DNA of 62,510 nucleotides, counting the filler. It is 7 parts of 7 records of this genome, joined end to end, with 100 filler letters (N's around TTAATTAATTAA, not from the genome) between each part and the next. Parts side by side here need not be neighbours in the genome. Positions count along the whole stretch, not along the records: positions 17,481 to 22,806 come from SRR20825019_1144; positions 22,907 to 32,336 come from SRR20825019_1149; 5 more parts are not named here. One strand, given 5' to 3'. The translations under genes were made by a program, and so were the position numbers. The notes under the pieces are model-generated. The model ran no database searches. It was not told the origin of the DNA and saw only the letters and a list, made by a program, of their open reading frames with translations. Of this stretch, positions 20,435-30,276 are shown in pieces (the first letter of the stretch is position 1; every line of letters begins with the position of its first letter).

Positions 20435-22132
20435 ATGACCCTCCAGCCAGCGCCGACAGCTCCCCTTCGTGAACACCGCTTTCCCCGCGTTCGGGGAGAG
20501 AAGCACGGTGTCGCGCGGCTCGGCAGTCTCATGATCGCGCTGGCGGTCATGCTTCCTGTCGCCACGATCCTCTTCGTCGCGCTTTCCGGATCGGGAGAAG
20601 CCTGGCCTCACCTCCTGCGCTACGTCTTGCCACAATCGCTTGGCACGACACTCGTACTGCTTGGACTTGTCGCCATCGGCACGGCGGTTATCGGTGTCGG
20701 ATCGGCCTGGCTGGTGGTCGGCTACGAGTTTCCGCTGCGCCGGCTTCTCTCATGGGCACTGGTGCTGCCGCTCGCGGTTCCCACCTATCTGGCTGCCTAT
20801 GCCTTTGGCGAGTTCTTTCACTATGTCGGCCCCTTGCAGACAGCGCTCCGCGCCGTCTTCGGCTTCGAAAGCGCGCGCGACTACTGGTTTCCCGACATCC
20901 GCTCCACCTGGGGCGCGGCTCTTGTGGTGACGTCTGTCACCTTTCCCTATGTCTATCTCACCGCCCGCGTCGTCTTCCTCATGCAGGGACGAAACATTGC
21001 CGATGTGGCGCGCACGCTGGGCGCGCGGCCGGCGCGCGTCTTCTTCCGCATCCTGTTGCCTGTCGCCCGCCCGGCCATCGTCGCCGGCCTGGCGCTGGTC
21101 ATGATGGAAACACTAAACGACATTGGCGCGGTGGAGTATCTCGGCGTTCGCACGCTCACGCTCTCTGTCTACGCCACCTGGCTCAATCGCGGGAGCCTCG
21201 AAGGGGCCGCCCAGATCGCTTCCGTGATGCTGGTAATCGTGTTTCTGCTTCTGACAGCCGAACAATGGGCGCGGCGCAAGCAACGTTTTCACAGCGCCCG
21301 CGGCACCCAGATGCATGCGCGCCCACCCCGTCTGCCGCTTCCCGGTTTCGAAGGCGGTCTCGCCACCGGCGCTCTCATCCTGCCCATCCTGTCGGGCTTC
21401 GGCGTGCCGCTTTTCGTTTTTGGCCGCTACGTCTCGAAGCGGCTCTACCAGTTTGCGGATCCACAGGTTCTGCAGGCGTTCCTGACCAGCGTTACGGTGG
21501 CCGGCATCACCGCGATCGCGACCGTCGTCATCGCGCTACTGCTTCTCAATGCCATGCGCCTCTCGCGCTCGCCCTACACCATGGCGCTGGTGCGGCTTGC
21601 TTCGATCGGATATGCCCTGCCCGGCACGATCCTCGGCCTTGGTCTGCTTCTCTCTCTCGCTGCTATCGACAATACGATCGACAACGCCGCACGCACCTAT
21701 GGCGGCTTTTCCACCGGCCTTTTCCTGACCGGGACTGCGGCTTCCATTGTCATCGCCTGCACGATCCGTTTTCTGGCGCTGGCTGAAAGCGCGGTTCGCT
21801 CGGGGCTCGAAAAGCTACCACCCAATCTGGATCAGGCTGCGCGCAGCCTAGGCAAGACAGCAAACCAGAGCGCTCTGACCATTCTCCTGCCGCTTCTGAA
21901 ACCTGCTATTCTGACGGCAGCCATCCTCGTCTTTGTGGACACGGTGAAAGAGCTTTCGGCGACCATTCTGCTGCGTCCCTTCGGCTTCCGTACGCTCGCA
22001 ACGCATGTTTATGAAAATGCGTCTCGCGGCGTCGTGGAAGACGGCGCAGTCGCCGCGCTCCTCATCATCGCCACGGCCATTGTGCCGGTCATTCTTCTGT
22101 CGCGCCCGCTCATGCGCGACCACAACACCTGA
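20435..22132 (+). CDS. Fe(III) ABC transporter permease (FbpB type)
   Basis: Two permease repeats (ADVARTLGA, LDQAARSLG), KELSAT.LLRPF. Confidence 0.92.
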   Translation: MTLQPAPTAPLREHRFPRVRGEKHGVARLGSLMIALAVMLPVATILFVALSGSGEAWPHLLRYVLPQSLGTTLVLLGLVAIGTAVIGVGSAWLVVGYEFPLRRLLSWALVLPLAVPTYLAAYAFGEFFHYVGPLQTALRAVFGFESARDYWFPDIRSTWGAALVVTSVTFPYVYLTARVVFLMQGRNIADVARTLGARPARVFFRILLPVARPAIVAGLALVMMETLNDIGAVEYLGVRTLTLSVYATWLNRGSLEGAAQIASVMLVIVFLLLTAEQWARRKQRFHSARGTQMHARPPRLPLPGFEGGLATGALILPILSGFGVPLFVFGRYVSKRLYQFADPQVLQAFLTSVTVAGITAIATVVIALLLLNAMRLSRSPYTMALVRLASIGYALPGTILGLGLLLSLAAIDNTIDNAARTYGGFSTGLFLTGTAASIVIACTIRFLALAESAVRSGLEKLPPNLDQAARSLGKTANQSALTILLPLLKPAILTAAILVFVDTVKELSATILLRPFGFRTLATHVYENASRGVVEDGAVAALLIIATAIVPVILLSRPLMRDHNT

Positions 22133-22195
22133 CCCCCTATCAGGAAGCTGAATTGATCCATTGTTGCGCCCACATGGGCGGAGAGAAATCCGGGC

Positions 22196-22305
22196 AAAAA
22201 AAAGCGCCCGGGAAAGGGCGCCTGAAGGATCTTGAATGCTGTCAAAAACGGGGCTTGGCGAACATCTGCATGAACAGTCGGAACCTGTGTCCGGCTCGTC
22301 AAGTT
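22196..22305 (-). ncRNA. Candidate ~110-nt small RNA
   Basis: Rho-independent terminator (GCGCCC-TTTCCC-GGGCGC + T8), -10-like GATAGT and CtrA-type boxes upstream, no credible ORF. Confidence 0.4.
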
Positions 22306-22330
22306 AGCCGACACTATCGCGGGCAAACCC

Positions 22331-22420
22331 TTAACAGAACCTTACCGACTCGCAGAGAAATTTACCGAAATGTACCACTTGTGAAGTCTCGGTAAATTTC
22401 GGCGTTACCATTTGTTTACC
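22331..22420. promoter_or_regulatory. CtrA-like boxes and a 12-bp inverted repeat
   Basis: TTAA-N7-TTAC at 22331, TTAC-N7-TTAC at 22405, GAAATTTACCGA/TCGGTAAATTTC at 22357-22400. Confidence 0.55.
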
Positions 22421-22434
22421 ATGTCAAGCCGGGT

Positions 22435-22806
22435 TCAGGCGCGTAGCTCGGGAATATCGCGGTAAAGATCGAGCGCTTCGGGGTTGGCGAGCGCTTCCCT
22501 GTTCTTCACAGAGCGTCCGTGAACGATGTCGCGCACGGCAAGCTCGGTTATTTTGCCGGATTTCGTGCGTGGGATGTCCGCCACTGCCACAATGCGTGCC
22601 GGCACGTGACGCGGGCTTGCCCCTGTTCTGATCTTGGTGCGGATCGTCTTTTCCAGCGCCTCGTCGAGCCTCACGCCTTCGGCCAGCCGCACGAAAAGGA
22701 CAACGCGCACATCGTCTTCCCACTCCTGTCCGATGCAAATCGCCTCCAGGATTTCCGGCAACTGCTCGACCTGATTGTAGATCTCCGCCGTGCCGATGCG
22801 CACGCC
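22435..22806 (-). CDS. Acetoacetyl-CoA synthetase, C-terminal part
   Basis: [40 protein letters not shown]. Confidence 0.9.
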   Translation of the reverse strand, partial: GVRIGTAEIYNQVEQLPEILEAICIGQEWEDDVRVVLFVRLAEGVRLDEALEKTIRTKIRTGASPRHVPARIVAVADIPRTKSGKITELAVRDIVHGRSVKNREALANPEALDLYRDIPELRA

Positions 22807-22906
22807 NNNNNNNNNNNNNNNNNNNNNNNNNNNNNNNNNNNNNNNNNNNNTTAATTAATTAANNNNNNNNNNNNNNNNNNNNNNNNNNNNNNNNNNNNNN
22901 NNNNNN
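22807..22906. other. Artificial contig linker
   Basis: N44-TTAATTAATTAA-N44. Confidence 0.99.
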
Positions 22907-23193
22907 ACCAGCTTGAAATGCTGGAACACCATGCCGATGCCTGCTGCAATTGCGGCCTGGCTGTCGGGAATGTCGGTTTTGGTGCCGCTGATGAAAATCT
23001 CGCCCGCGTCGGCTTTGTAAAAGCCGTAGAGGATGCTCATCAGGGTGGATTTGCCTGCGCCGTTCTCGCCGATGATCCCGTGGATGGTGCCGGGCATCAC
23101 GCGGATCGAGATGTCCTTGTTGGCCTGCACGGGGCCAAAGGCCTTGGATATGCCTTTGAGTTCAATCGCGGGGGCAACGGTGGTGGCTGACAT
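22907..23193 (-). CDS. Nucleoside/sugar ABC transporter ATP-binding protein, N-terminal part
   Basis: [20 protein letters not shown]; downstream of the BMP gene. Confidence 0.9.
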
Positions 23194-23269
23194 GGCTGGC
23201 GAACCCTTTGTCTTGCGAAAGGGCCGCGCCAGTTGAAATGGCGCGGCCCGGTGTTTTCAGAGGATAGGA

Positions 23270-24265
23270 TCAGAACGTCAGCGCGGGGCAGCTGTCGTCG
23301 GATGTGTAATCGTGCACGACGATGTCACCAGCAGCGATCGAAGCCGCAGCCGCGTCCACCGGAGCTTTCATCTCTTCGGTCACCAGGTCCGCGTTGTTTT
23401 CATCCATCGCATAGCCGACGCCGCCGTTGGCCAGATCCAGCACTTCGACGCCACCTTCCAGCGCGTCGCCCGCTTTCATCGATTCGTAGACGGCCACATC
23501 AACACGTTTCAGCATCGAGGTCAGGACCTTGCCCGGGTGCAGGTGGTTCTGGTTGCTGTCGACGCCGATGGACAGAATGCCTTCGTCGGCGGCGGTTTGC
23601 AGAACGCCTACGCCGGTGCCGCCCGCCGCGGCATAGACCACGTCAGCGCCCTGGCTGATCTGCGCTTTGGTCAGCTCGGACCCTTTCACGGGGTCATTCC
23701 ACGCGGCCGGTGTGGTGCCGGTCATGTTCGAGATGATGGTCGCATCGGGGTTCACGGCCTTGACGCCCTGGGCATAGCCACAGGCGAATTTGCGGATCAG
23801 AGGGATGTCCATGCCGCCGATAAAGCCGACCGTGCCGGTTTTCGAGGCTTCAGCCGCCAACATGCCGACCAGGTAGGACCCTTCGTGCTCGGTAAAGCCG
23901 ATGACCTTGACGTTGGGCGCGTCGACCCAGCCGTCGATGGTCACGAATGTGGTGTCGGGATAGTCGGGTGCCACAACTTCCAGCGCGCTGGAGAAGGCAA
24001 AGCCGGTGGTGATGACCGGATTGGCGCCCGATTCTGCAAAGCGGCGCAGGGCCTGCTCGCGCTGTGCTTCGGATTGCATTTCAATCTCGCGGAACGTGCC
24101 GCCGGTCTCTTCGGCCCAGCGTTGCGCGCCGGCAAAGGCGGCTTCGTTGAAGGATTTGTCGAATTTGCCACCCAGATCATAGACCAGCGCGGGTTCGGCA
24201 AAGGCGGCACCGGCGGTCAGGGCCAGCCCGGCAGCGGCGCCCAGAAATTTTTGCATAAGGGTCAT
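23270..24265 (-). CDS. BMP family ABC substrate-binding protein
   Basis: GGKFDKSFNE, EHEGSYLVG, IGVDSNQN, LTSMLKRVD. Confidence 0.93.
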   Translation of the reverse strand: MTLMQKFLGAAAGLALTAGAAFAEPALVYDLGGKFDKSFNEAAFAGAQRWAEETGGTFREIEMQSEAQREQALRRFAESGANPVITTGFAFSSALEVVAPDYPDTTFVTIDGWVDAPNVKVIGFTEHEGSYLVGMLAAEASKTGTVGFIGGMDIPLIRKFACGYAQGVKAVNPDATIISNMTGTTPAAWNDPVKGSELTKAQISQGADVVYAAAGGTGVGVLQTAADEGILSIGVDSNQNHLHPGKVLTSMLKRVDVAVYESMKAGDALEGGVEVLDLANGGVGYAMDENNADLVTEEMKAPVDAAAASIAAGDIVVHDYTSDDSCPALTF

Positions 24266-24456
24266 GTGGTATCTCCCATTTTTCATGTTTGGAGCCTGCC
24301 GCCCTTTGAAGAAGCGGAGCCCAGTGCCCGTGCATTTCTGTGTGCATCGCAGGCAGATCAGATTGATCAGATGCAAATAAGGCCGCAGCGTTGGTGCCGG
24401 GTCAACCGCTTTTTCTGTCGATGGGGGCGGATTCGGGGGGCTGACCTAAGGTGAAC

Positions 24457-24867
24457 TCAACCCAGCGGCGCGCGCATAAGCACCGCATCCACGGCGGCAG
24501 CCCCCGCGCGCAGGTAATAGCCGGTGCGAAGTCCCGCAGGTGCGAAACCGCATGAACTGTAAAGGGCACGTGCCGGAGCGTTGTCCGCCGCAACTTCGAG
24601 AAAGGCCTCCGTCGCGGTTTCGGCAGCCTGCGCCATCCAAAGCGTCATCAACCTGCGTCCGATTCCCGTGCCCTGGTGGTCAGGGTGCACGGCGATGGTC
24701 AGCAACTCGGCCTCGCCTGCGACCACGCGCACAAGCGCAAAACCGTGGGGCTGCGTGGTGGCAAAGACAAAGGGGCTGTCGCGCAGCGCGGTGAATTCCG
24801 CCTCGGTCCAGGGCCGCGCATCGGTAAAGGCGGCGGCGTGGATATGGGCCATGTCCTGCGGGGTCAC
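24457..24867 (-). CDS. rimI: RimI-like GNAT acetyltransferase
   Basis: EAELLTIAVHP..QG.GIG, FLEVAADN..A.ALY, R.GYY; follows tsaB. Confidence 0.8.
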   Translation of the reverse strand: MTPQDMAHIHAAAFTDARPWTEAEFTALRDSPFVFATTQPHGFALVRVVAGEAELLTIAVHPDHQGTGIGRRLMTLWMAQAAETATEAFLEVAADNAPARALYSSCGFAPAGLRTGYYLRAGAAAVDAVLMRAPLG

Positions 24868-25448
24868 GGTGCGTCGGACGGCAGGATCACCGGCGGTAGG
24901 TCGCGTCCCGGCGCAGCATCGGCCGGGCGCAGGTAATAGGGGGCAGGCGGCGGGGCGATCTGCGGATAGAGGCCTGCGGCATGGCTGGCGATGGCACGGG
25001 CCAGTTCGGCCGGCGCGGGATCGGCGGGCAGGGCGGTGCCGTCAGCCTCAAGCTCAGCGCGCGTGACCAAAGCGGGGCCATCCGCCTGCATCACGTAAAC
25101 CGATTCGCGGGGCGCGGGTACGTAGAGGGGATGCGCTTGCAGGTCTTTGCGCTGCTCAAATCCGGTGACACCATAGGCAGGGACGTCCAGCCCCAGCGCC
25201 AGACCACGTGCGGCAGAGACCCCGATGCGGATCCCGGTGAAATTGCCCGGCCCGACACCAACGCCAAGCGCATCCAGATCGCGCCATCCCAGATCGTGAC
25301 GGGCAAGCAACTCTTGCAGCAACCCCATCAGGCGCTCAGCCTGCCCGCGGGTCATTTCCTCGGCCACCGCATCGACCACGGCCCCATTCGACCACAGGGC
25401 GGCGGCGCACCACGCGCCCGAAGTGTCAAAGCCCAGGACGTGGCTCAT
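24864..25448 (-). CDS. tsaB: tRNA threonylcarbamoyladenosine biosynthesis protein
   Basis: LGFDTS, RGQAERL, GPGNFTGIRIG, P.PYYLRPADA. Confidence 0.92.
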   Translation of the reverse strand: MSHVLGFDTSGAWCAAALWSNGAVVDAVAEEMTRGQAERLMGLLQELLARHDLGWRDLDALGVGVGPGNFTGIRIGVSAARGLALGLDVPAYGVTGFEQRKDLQAHPLYVPAPRESVYVMQADGPALVTRAELEADGTALPADPAPAELARAIASHAAGLYPQIAPPPAPYYLRPADAAPGRDLPPVILPSDAP

Positions 25449-25530
25449 GCCAGAGCACCGCGCAGTGCAGAAATGCACAGGGCGCCGCAAATGCAGCGCC
25501 CGCTAAAACGTGATGTATAAGGCACGAAGA

Positions 25531-26094
25531 TCAGACCGCGACGGGGCGCACTTCGGTGACTTCGGGGATGTAATGGCGCAGCAGATTCTCGATGCCCATT
25601 TTCAGCGTCAGCGTGGAGGACGGGCACCCGGCGCAGGCGCCTTGCATGTGCAGGTAAACAACGCCGCGGTCAAAGCCGTGGAAGGTGATGTCGCCGCCAT
25701 CCTGCGCCACGGCAGGGCGCACGCGGCTGTCCAGCAGCTCCTTGATCTGGCCGACGATTGCGCCGTCTTCACCGGAATGCTCGGCATGGCCGGATGCGGG
25801 CGCGTGACCCTCGTCCATGACCGCGTCGCCGGACTGGTAATGCTCCATGATCGCACCCAGAACGCCGGGCTTCATATGATCCCATTCGGTCGCGTCATCC
25901 TTGGTCACGGTGACAAAGTCGGTGCCAAAGAACACGCCTGTCACACCCGACACGGCAAAGATACGCTGTGCCAGAGGCGACTTGGCCGCGGCATCCGCCA
26001 TGGGGAAGTCAGCCGTGCCCATGTCCAGAACGGTCTGGCCGGGCAGAAACTTCAGTGTCGCAGGGTTCGGCGTCGATTCGGTTTGGATGAACAT
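25531..26094 (-). CDS. NifU/NfuA-family Fe-S cluster carrier
   Basis: MFIQTESTPNPATLKF, RVRPAVAQDGGDI, GACAGCPSS. Confidence 0.93.
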   Translation of the reverse strand: MFIQTESTPNPATLKFLPGQTVLDMGTADFPMADAAAKSPLAQRIFAVSGVTGVFFGTDFVTVTKDDATEWDHMKPGVLGAIMEHYQSGDAVMDEGHAPASGHAEHSGEDGAIVGQIKELLDSRVRPAVAQDGGDITFHGFDRGVVYLHMQGACAGCPSSTLTLKMGIENLLRHYIPEVTEVRPVAV

Positions 26095-26155
26095 GGCAAG
26101 CGCTCCTCGTGGGCTGTTACACCTGATATGCGGATCATGGGGCCGCAAGTCAAGG

Positions 26156-26172
26156 TTTGGAACGATTCTAAA
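26156..26172. promoter_or_regulatory. Iron control element (ICE) upstream of the NifU-family gene
   Basis: TTTGGAACGATTCTAAA fits TTTRGAAYNRTTCYAAA. Confidence 0.75.
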
Positions 26173-26181
26173 CTGTATCGC

Positions 26182-26931
26182 TTAGCGGCACATCACGCCG
26201 GTCAGGGCCTGTGCCGGGTCACTTTCGGGGGCATCGGGCGCGCTGCCCTGTTGTCGAAAGCTGATCTTGATGCTGCCCAGAAACGCGGGCAGTCCTGCGG
26301 TGCCGACAACGGCAGCAAGCTTGCGCAACCCCTTGGCCTGGGCGTCAGTGGCGCCATGCAGGGTCAACGGGCCTGAGACCATGCCAATCACGTGATCCTG
26401 TGCGTCCAGAACCGGCGCACCGATATTGCGTTTCTTGGCGGGAATTTGCGCAATCAACTGGCCGGTGGCCTCGATCTGCCCCAACAGGCGCACTTCGGAC
26501 CGTTTGGCTTCAGCGTCTTTCCAGCCATCCTTGGTCACGCCTAGAACAGTGATCTTGCCGGTGTCGCCGATGCTGTCGCCGCTGACGGTCAACCAGTGCT
26601 CGGACTGCCGTGCGCTGGTCAGAACCGCCAGCCCCAGGTCTGCATCCTGCGCCACCACGTCCACAGGCGTGCCATCCGGCAACCGCAGCCCTGCGTCGCC
26701 GCAATGATCCAGAGTGTTCTGTGCCGTCACAAAGGCCGTTTCGTTGATGTAAAACCCGACGCCCGCGCGGCGGGTCTGGCCCTTGACGTCATCCGCTTCG
26801 ACCATCGTGTCGGGGCTGTCGGGTTGCCGTGTTTGCGCCTGTAGCGCGCGCACCAGATCGTCCGTACCTGACGCCCAGGCAAAACCAAGCGGACAAAGCA
26901 GGAAAACGACGGTGGGGAAAAGCTGTTTCAT
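26182..26931 (-). CDS. Secreted trypsin-like protein with degenerate catalytic residues
   Basis: Signal peptide; GVGFY..VTAQNTL, DLGLAVL and RNIGAPVLD correspond to GSGF..LTNAHV, DLAL and GNSGGPVLD. Confidence 0.7.
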   Translation of the reverse strand: MKQLFPTVVFLLCPLGFAWASGTDDLVRALQAQTRQPDSPDTMVEADDVKGQTRRAGVGFYINETAFVTAQNTLDHCGDAGLRLPDGTPVDVVAQDADLGLAVLTSARQSEHWLTVSGDSIGDTGKITVLGVTKDGWKDAEAKRSEVRLLGQIEATGQLIAQIPAKKRNIGAPVLDAQDHVIGMVSGPLTLHGATDAQAKGLRKLAAVVGTAGLPAFLGSIKISFRQQGSAPDAPESDPAQALTGVMCR

Positions 26932-26987
26932 AACACGCACGCTATGCCGGAGCGGGGCGGCGCACAACGCACATCCGCGCGAGCGGT

Positions 26988-27443
26988 TCAGGTGATGGCT
27001 TCCAGCTTTTCCTTGCTGAGGTCGCCGGGCACGATGGTGATCGGAATGGGCAGGGACGCGGCATTGCGCGACAGTTGCGTGACCAGCGGGCCGGGGCCTT
27101 TCTTGTCGGTGCCTGCTCCCAGCACCAGAATGCCGATTTCCGGGTCTTCGGTGATCTGGGCAATGATCTCGTCCGCGGCCTGACCGTTGCGAATGACCAG
27201 CTCGGGATTCACACCTTGCTTGTCACGCATCCACTTGGCGAACACTTCGAAATGCGCCTCGATCCGTTCGCGTGCTTCTTCGCGCATGATGTCGCCAACG
27301 CCGATCCAGTGGTTGAATTCGTCTGGCGGGATCACCGACAGCACGGCCACGCCGCCGCCGGTCTTGGCGGCTCGCATAGCGGCAAAGCGCATGGCGTTCA
27401 GACATTCGCGGCTGTCATCCAGCACCACCAGAAATTTGCGCAT
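26988..27443 (-). CDS. Universal stress protein
   Basis: MRKFLVVLDDSREC, ILVLGA...GPGPLV, PITIVPG. Confidence 0.9.
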   Translation of the reverse strand: MRKFLVVLDDSRECLNAMRFAAMRAAKTGGGVAVLSVIPPDEFNHWIGVGDIMREEARERIEAHFEVFAKWMRDKQGVNPELVIRNGQAADEIIAQITEDPEIGILVLGAGTDKKGPGPLVTQLSRNAASLPIPITIVPGDLSKEKLEAIT

Positions 27444-27500
27444 CACGTCCTCCGTTTCATCGCGCAGCATGGCGCAAGGCAGAGCGGCGCGCAATGTCGA

Positions 27501-28100
27501 TCAGTTACCACCGGCAGCCTCGGTCAGCGCCATGTCCATCCGGTCGTGACCCCAGAACAGTTCGGTCCCGACGGTAAAGCTGGGGGCGCCAAAGATGCCG
27601 CGTGCGATGGCGTCATCGGTGAGGGCGCGCAGGGCCTGCTTGGCTTCGGGTGTGCCTGCGCTGTCGATGATGGCGGAGGCGTCCTGCCCCAGGGCCTGCA
27701 ACACCGGCCCGATAACCTCAGCCGTGCCAATGTCCAGATCCTCGGCAAAGTTGGCGGAGTAAACCGCGCGGACAAAATCCCCGATCCAGTCCGCGTCCGC
27801 ATGTGCCGCACATATGCGGGCCGCCAGCATACTGCCGCGCGGGAAGGATGAGGGCTTTTGCAAGGGCAGGGCGGCGGCGGCACAGATGCGTTCCATGTCG
27901 CGCCACATATAGGCGCCCTTGACCGGGTAGAGGTTGAGAGGCGAATCCGTCATGCCCTGTGCGCCAAAGACCGGACCCAGCAGGAAGGGTTTCCAGATCA
28001 GCGGTACGCCACGTGCGGCACAGGCGGCCTCGACCTGCATGGCGGCGGGATAGCTGTAGGTGCTGGCAAATTCGAACCAGAATTCAAGCGGTTTGGTCAT
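27501..28100 (-). CDS. DsbA-family 2-hydroxychromene-2-carboxylate isomerase-like protein
   Basis: FWFEFASTYSY, WKPFLLGPVF, GIFGAPSF, LFWGHDR. Confidence 0.88.
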   Translation of the reverse strand: MTKPLEFWFEFASTYSYPAAMQVEAACAARGVPLIWKPFLLGPVFGAQGMTDSPLNLYPVKGAYMWRDMERICAAAALPLQKPSSFPRGSMLAARICAAHADADWIGDFVRAVYSANFAEDLDIGTAEVIGPVLQALGQDASAIIDSAGTPEAKQALRALTDDAIARGIFGAPSFTVGTELFWGHDRMDMALTEAAGGN

Positions 28101-28104
28101 TGTT

Positions 28105-28968
28105 TTACCTTTCGGATGCGGCCCAGTCCCAATACAGCTGGCGGGCGCGTCGGGTGACGGGGCCGATCTGGTATTGGGTGTCGTCAAAGGCGGTGACAGG
28201 TGTGACTTTCATCATGTTGCCGCTCAGGAACACCTCATCCGCGTCGTGAAAGTCGTCAAAGCTCAGCACGCTTTCGTGCACGGTCACGCCGTCGGCGCGC
28301 AAGTTGCTGATGTGGCGCGCCCGCGTGATGCCCGACAGAAAGGTGCCATTGGGCATCGGCGTGAACACCTCGCCATCGCGGACCATGAACACGTTGGCGG
28401 TGGCGGTTTCGGCCACATTGCCCAGGGCATCAGCGACCAGCGCATTGCCGAACCCTTTGGACTTCGCCTCGGCCAGCATCCGCGCGTTGTTGGGATACAG
28501 ACACCCCGCCTTGGCATTCACCACCGCGTCCTCCAGCACCGGGCGACGGAACCGGGTCCGCGTCAGCGTGGTCGACGCCTCGGGCGCGGCCATAGGCACC
28601 TTTTCCAGGCAGATGGCAAAACCGGTCCCCTCGGGCAGCGGTACGATCCCCGAGGCATCACCGTTCAGCGCCCAGTACATCGGGCGGATATAGACCGGAT
28701 CGGCGGGATCATATGCCTTCAGCCCTTCGCGCACGGCGGCAACCATGTCTTCGGTGCTGACGGTGGGCGTGATCATCAGCGCCTTGGCCGACCGGTTCAC
28801 GCGGGCGCAATGCGCGTCCAGGTCGGGGGTCATCCCGTCAAAGAACCGTGCACCGTCGAACACCGTACTGCCCAGCCACGAGCCATGGTCGGCGGCCTTC
28901 ATCACTGGCACATCGCCGTCGTGCCAGCGGCCTTCGAAAAATGTTCTGATCTCGGTTCCTATGGGCAT
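28105..28968 (-). CDS. Class IV (branched-chain amino acid) aminotransferase
   Basis: VFDGAR, YIRP, AKAGCLYPN, ETATANVF, FLSGITR, ADEVFLSG. Confidence 0.9.
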   Translation of the reverse strand: MPIGTEIRTFFEGRWHDGDVPVMKAADHGSWLGSTVFDGARFFDGMTPDLDAHCARVNRSAKALMITPTVSTEDMVAAVREGLKAYDPADPVYIRPMYWALNGDASGIVPLPEGTGFAICLEKVPMAAPEASTTLTRTRFRRPVLEDAVVNAKAGCLYPNNARMLAEAKSKGFGNALVADALGNVAETATANVFMVRDGEVFTPMPNGTFLSGITRARHISNLRADGVTVHESVLSFDDFHDADEVFLSGNMMKVTPVTAFDDTQYQIGPVTRRARQLYWDWAASER

Positions 28969-29036
28969 CTTGCGCTCTCCTGAATTTGGCAGGACGTTAC
29001 CACCACAGGCCCGAGCGTCCAGCCTCAAAGCCGTGG

Positions 29037-29288
29037 TTACGTGCCGTCGTCCTTGCCGCTTTCGCGGATGGCATAGACGCCTTCGGGCAAGTCCAAAGCC
29101 GCCGACATATCGCGCACTTGCGCATGGCTGAGGGTGATCTTCATGACCTGTCCGGTGCGCGGGTCGAACTGTTCGACGGTCACGCATTCAGTGAACGTGT
29201 TGACGATCACATCTTCTTGCAGGGGCACACCGCCATCATCCACCAGGGTGATTACGGTCGAGTCGAATTCGTGTTCAATTGTAAACAT
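29037..29288 (-). CDS. Small acidic hypothetical protein
   Basis: 83-aa ORF, co-oriented with neighbours, protein-like composition. Confidence 0.7.
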   Translation of the reverse strand: MFTIEHEFDSTVITLVDDGGVPLQEDVIVNTFTECVTVEQFDPRTGQVMKITLSHAQVRDMSAALDLPEGVYAIRESGKDDGT

Positions 29289-29445
29289 ACCCCAAGCCTA
29301 CCCCCGCTGCGCGCACATGCAAGCGGTGATCGGCCCGCGGTGATCCCGGAGCCGTGATTGCAGCGCATCAGGGCTGGAAGCGCGCGACGGACCTGTTAAG
29401 TTAGACCGCAAAGATTGCGGCCCGCGCGCCGCGAATGTTGAGGGA

Positions 29446-30183
29446 ATGAAACGCATGTTCAAGAAACTGGTGCAGGTTCTGGTGCCGATGGCCTTGTTGG
29501 CGGCCTGTGACGTGCCCACAACGGTATCAGGCCCCGCGCAACAGACGAACGGGGCATACGTCCGTACGTCCGGGGCGGACGAACTGCGCAACTCGGATCA
29601 GGCCGAGCGCGCCTTCGTGCAGGTGTTGCAGCGGCTTGAGCCGGTGGCCGAACGCGAATGTCGCAACCGGACAACCGGCGTGAACTGTGATTTCCGCATC
29701 GTTGTCGATGACCGTCCGGGCGAGCCTGCGAACGCCTATCAGACGCTGGACAAGACAAACCGGCCGGTGATTGTTTTTACGCTTAAGCTTATTCAAGACG
29801 CCTATAACGTCGACGAAATCGCCTTTGTCATGGGCCACGAGGCTGCGCACCACATTGCGGGTCACATCGCCCGCCAACGTCAGAATGCGGTGGCAGGGGC
29901 TGTGATCTTTGCCGGGCTGGCGACGCTGACCGGCGGCGATGCGGGGGCCGTGGAATCGGCGCAGCGGTTGGGTGAACAGGTGGGCGCGCGCACCTACTCG
30001 AAAGAGTTCGAGCTGGAAGCCGACGCGCTGGGCACCATCATCACCCACCGCGCAGGTTACGATCCGCTGCGGGGGGCCGAATTCTTTACCCGCATTCCTG
30101 ATCCCGGCAACCGCTTTCTGGGCACGCACCCGCCCAACGCGGCGCGTCTGGAAACCGTGCGGCGCACTGCTGCGGCGTTGTGA
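29446..30183 (+). CDS. M48 family metallopeptidase (lipoprotein)
   Basis: LAAC lipobox, ANAY, HEAAH, ELEAD, THP. Confidence 0.9.
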   Translation: MKRMFKKLVQVLVPMALLAACDVPTTVSGPAQQTNGAYVRTSGADELRNSDQAERAFVQVLQRLEPVAERECRNRTTGVNCDFRIVVDDRPGEPANAYQTLDKTNRPVIVFTLKLIQDAYNVDEIAFVMGHEAAHHIAGHIARQRQNAVAGAVIFAGLATLTGGDAGAVESAQRLGEQVGARTYSKEFELEADALGTIITHRAGYDPLRGAEFFTRIPDPGNRFLGTHPPNAARLETVRRTAAAL

Positions 30184-30276
30184 GTGTCTGAACGGTTACG
30201 TGTATTCTCAGACCCCAAATGAAGAGACCGCCCACCGACAGTGGGCGGCGGCACGGCGCAGGCTGGTGCTGAACTG

